A DNA stretch of 62,046 bases, filler included, from Albugo candida (lineage: Eukaryota), in assembly GCA_040437565.1 (NCBI GenBank). It is 11 parts of 11 records of this genome, joined end to end, with 100 filler letters (N's around TTAATTAATTAA, not from the genome) between each part and the next. Parts side by side here need not be neighbours in the genome. Positions count along the whole stretch, not along the records: positions 56,755 to 62,046 come from JBDOQK010000161.1; 10 more parts are not named here. One strand, given 5' to 3'. Made by a program: the position numbers and the translations under genes. Positions within the stretch are counted from its first letter, which is position 1, and each line of letters begins with the position of its first letter. The notes beneath the pieces are model-generated. The model was not told the DNA's origin and did no database searches. It saw only the letters and a program-made list of their open reading frames with translations. This document shows positions 60,756-62,046 of this stretch, piece by piece.

Positions 60756-62046
60756 TAATAATTAATATTAGTGGTTGACGATTTCTCGTTGGAGTGAGCT
60801 GGCAAAGATGACCGACGGGGCGTAATACTTGGTGATTCCATAAGAGTTTTGTATTTTTGTTGATTGAGCCACTTGACGATGGCCACTGCTTCTGGGGTGC
60901 GCTGGAGTACTTTCCACTCGCCACTGTCCTTAGCTGATTCTGATGCCACACACTTCAGTATTTCATTCTTCTGTTGCATTTCTACTACGGTTTGGTGGAG
61001 TTGCTCAAAGTCTTCACATTCCTTTAATTCGTCAGTACATAAAATAACTTGATCGCGGAATCGTTGTTCTGCTTCGTTGGCGACGGATCCCTCACTACTA
61101 TCAGTGTCCATTCCATCCGTGGAAGACTGATATTCACCTTCGCTATTGTCATCCTCAATAGTATCTAGTGCGGCTTTATTCTTGGGAGCCTCGTCAGTTT
61201 GCGTCTTCTCCTGGTCCATGATTGCTTCGCTGGGAATGACTTTTTCCTTAGCTTGATAAGTTTTTCGATCCAACTTCTTGTTGGCAGGAGTAGAATAGTT
61301 TCTACGGGGGCATTCAAAAGAACGATGTCCTTGATGGTGACAAGAATAACAGATAATCTTAGCCTTTGCTTGTACACAGTCAAATTTTGTATGAACTTCT
61401 TTGTGGCAGTAACGACACCAGGTTGGCATGTTACTCCAAACTGCATGAAAAATTTCTTCTTCAGATTCACACCAATTAATTTGATGGCTTAATTCCACAT
61501 ATTTCTTGTCTACTGCTGGGGCAACGTTAAGTACTGCATAACCAGTCCCCATAAATAATCCTAATTTAGGTTCCAAAAAAATTCCAACGTCTAATATCTC
61601 ACCAAAAACTTTCAAGCTTTCAGTCAATCCTGCTTTGACCACTTTAGGATGGAACATAGGTAAGTTGGACAACTTGAGTCGAACAATTTGAGTTTTGTCC
61701 TGAATAGCCAGGTTGGGTAGAATTTTAATATTTTCGTCCGCAAAATTAACACCTTCCTTCGACATATTGTTACTGTCGTCTGATTCCAAAATATATGTCT
61801 CTACATATCGTTGGGCGCCTTCTTTAATAATGGTGGCTCCATAAACTCCAGGATGTTGTTCATGAATCTTCTCTAAACATTGAAAATCAGTATACTTGTC
61901 CCCGACATGCGACATGTCGAAGAGCAAAGCACCCGGGATTCTTCCAGCTCGATAAATACGACTTTGCATGATAGTGACGGTTGTACCGGTTGAGTTGCTT
62001 GTGGTTTTCAATGGCTCATGGATTAGAGACACTTTGGTTGAAGCTA
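60755..62046 (-). CDS. LINE ORF1 with two CCHC zinc knuckles, 5'-partial
   Basis: LSNLP..FGEILDVG RRM-like region, CRYCHKEVHTKFDC and CYSCHHQGHRSFEC. The frame is open to the window edge; the annotated start at 62032 is GTG. Confidence 0.9.
   Translation of the reverse strand, partial: ASTKVSLIHEPLKTTSNSTGTTVTIMQSRIYRAGRIPGALLFDMSHVGDKYTDFQCLEKIHEQHPGVYGATIIKEGAQRYVETYILESDDSNNMSKEGVNFADENIKILPNLAIQDKTQIVRLKLSNLPMFHPKVVKAGLTESLKVFGEILDVGIFLEPKLGLFMGTGYAVLNVAPAVDKKYVELSHQINWCESEEEIFHAVWSNMPTWCRYCHKEVHTKFDCVQAKAKIICYSCHHQGHRSFECPRRNYSTPANKKLDRKTYQAKEKVIPSEAIMDQEKTQTDEAPKNKAALDTIEDDNSEGEYQSSTDGMDTDSSEGSVANEAEQRFRDQVILCTDELKECEDFEQLHQTVVEMQQKNEILKCVASESAKDSGEWKVLQRTPEAVAIVKWLNQQKYKTLMESPSITPRRSSLPAHSNEKSSTTNINY

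Larger units (their letters stand above)
56755..62046 (-). mobile_element. Intact-looking L1/Tx1-clade LINE; 3' end at the contig edge, 5' end beyond the window
   Basis: ORF1 and ORF2 are both open; the 3' UTR carries AATAAA and ends in an A-run at 56755. Confidence 0.93.

Overview
This window is not a contiguous locus. It is a pseudo-scaffold of 11 eukaryotic contigs joined by identical 100-bp linkers (44 N + TTAATTAATTAA + 44 N) and sorted by decreasing length. The contigs are 1-5820, 5921-11729, 11830-17586, 17687-23320, 23421-28928, 29029-34502, 34603-40056, 40157-45597, 45698-51133, 51234-56654 and 56755-62046. They fall into two classes. Class A (contigs 1, 2, 4, 5, 6, 8) has moderate GC and looks oomycete-like. 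It holds decayed genes (a 168-bp-repeat coiled-coil gene, dihydrolipoamide dehydrogenase, two Kelch-repeat copies, a probable Pol5/MYBBP1A), decayed MULE, Tc1-like, Copia and LINE elements including a three-level nested insertion, and two tRNA genes (iMet-CAT and intron-containing Tyr-GTA). Class B (contigs 3, 7, 9, 10, 11) is AT-rich and looks like Mucorales fungal DNA. It holds essentially intact elements: two spliced ~1000-aa CACTA/EnSpm-like transposases with unexplained neighbouring ORFs, a Ty3/Gypsy chromovirus with an oligo-T tract where the tRNA primer-binding site should be, an L1-clade LINE with a TAATG ORF1/ORF2 junction, and a triplicated orphan gene in which a 33-bp coding minisatellite has expanded. 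Family and taxon calls come from motif recognition by eye; no database search was run.
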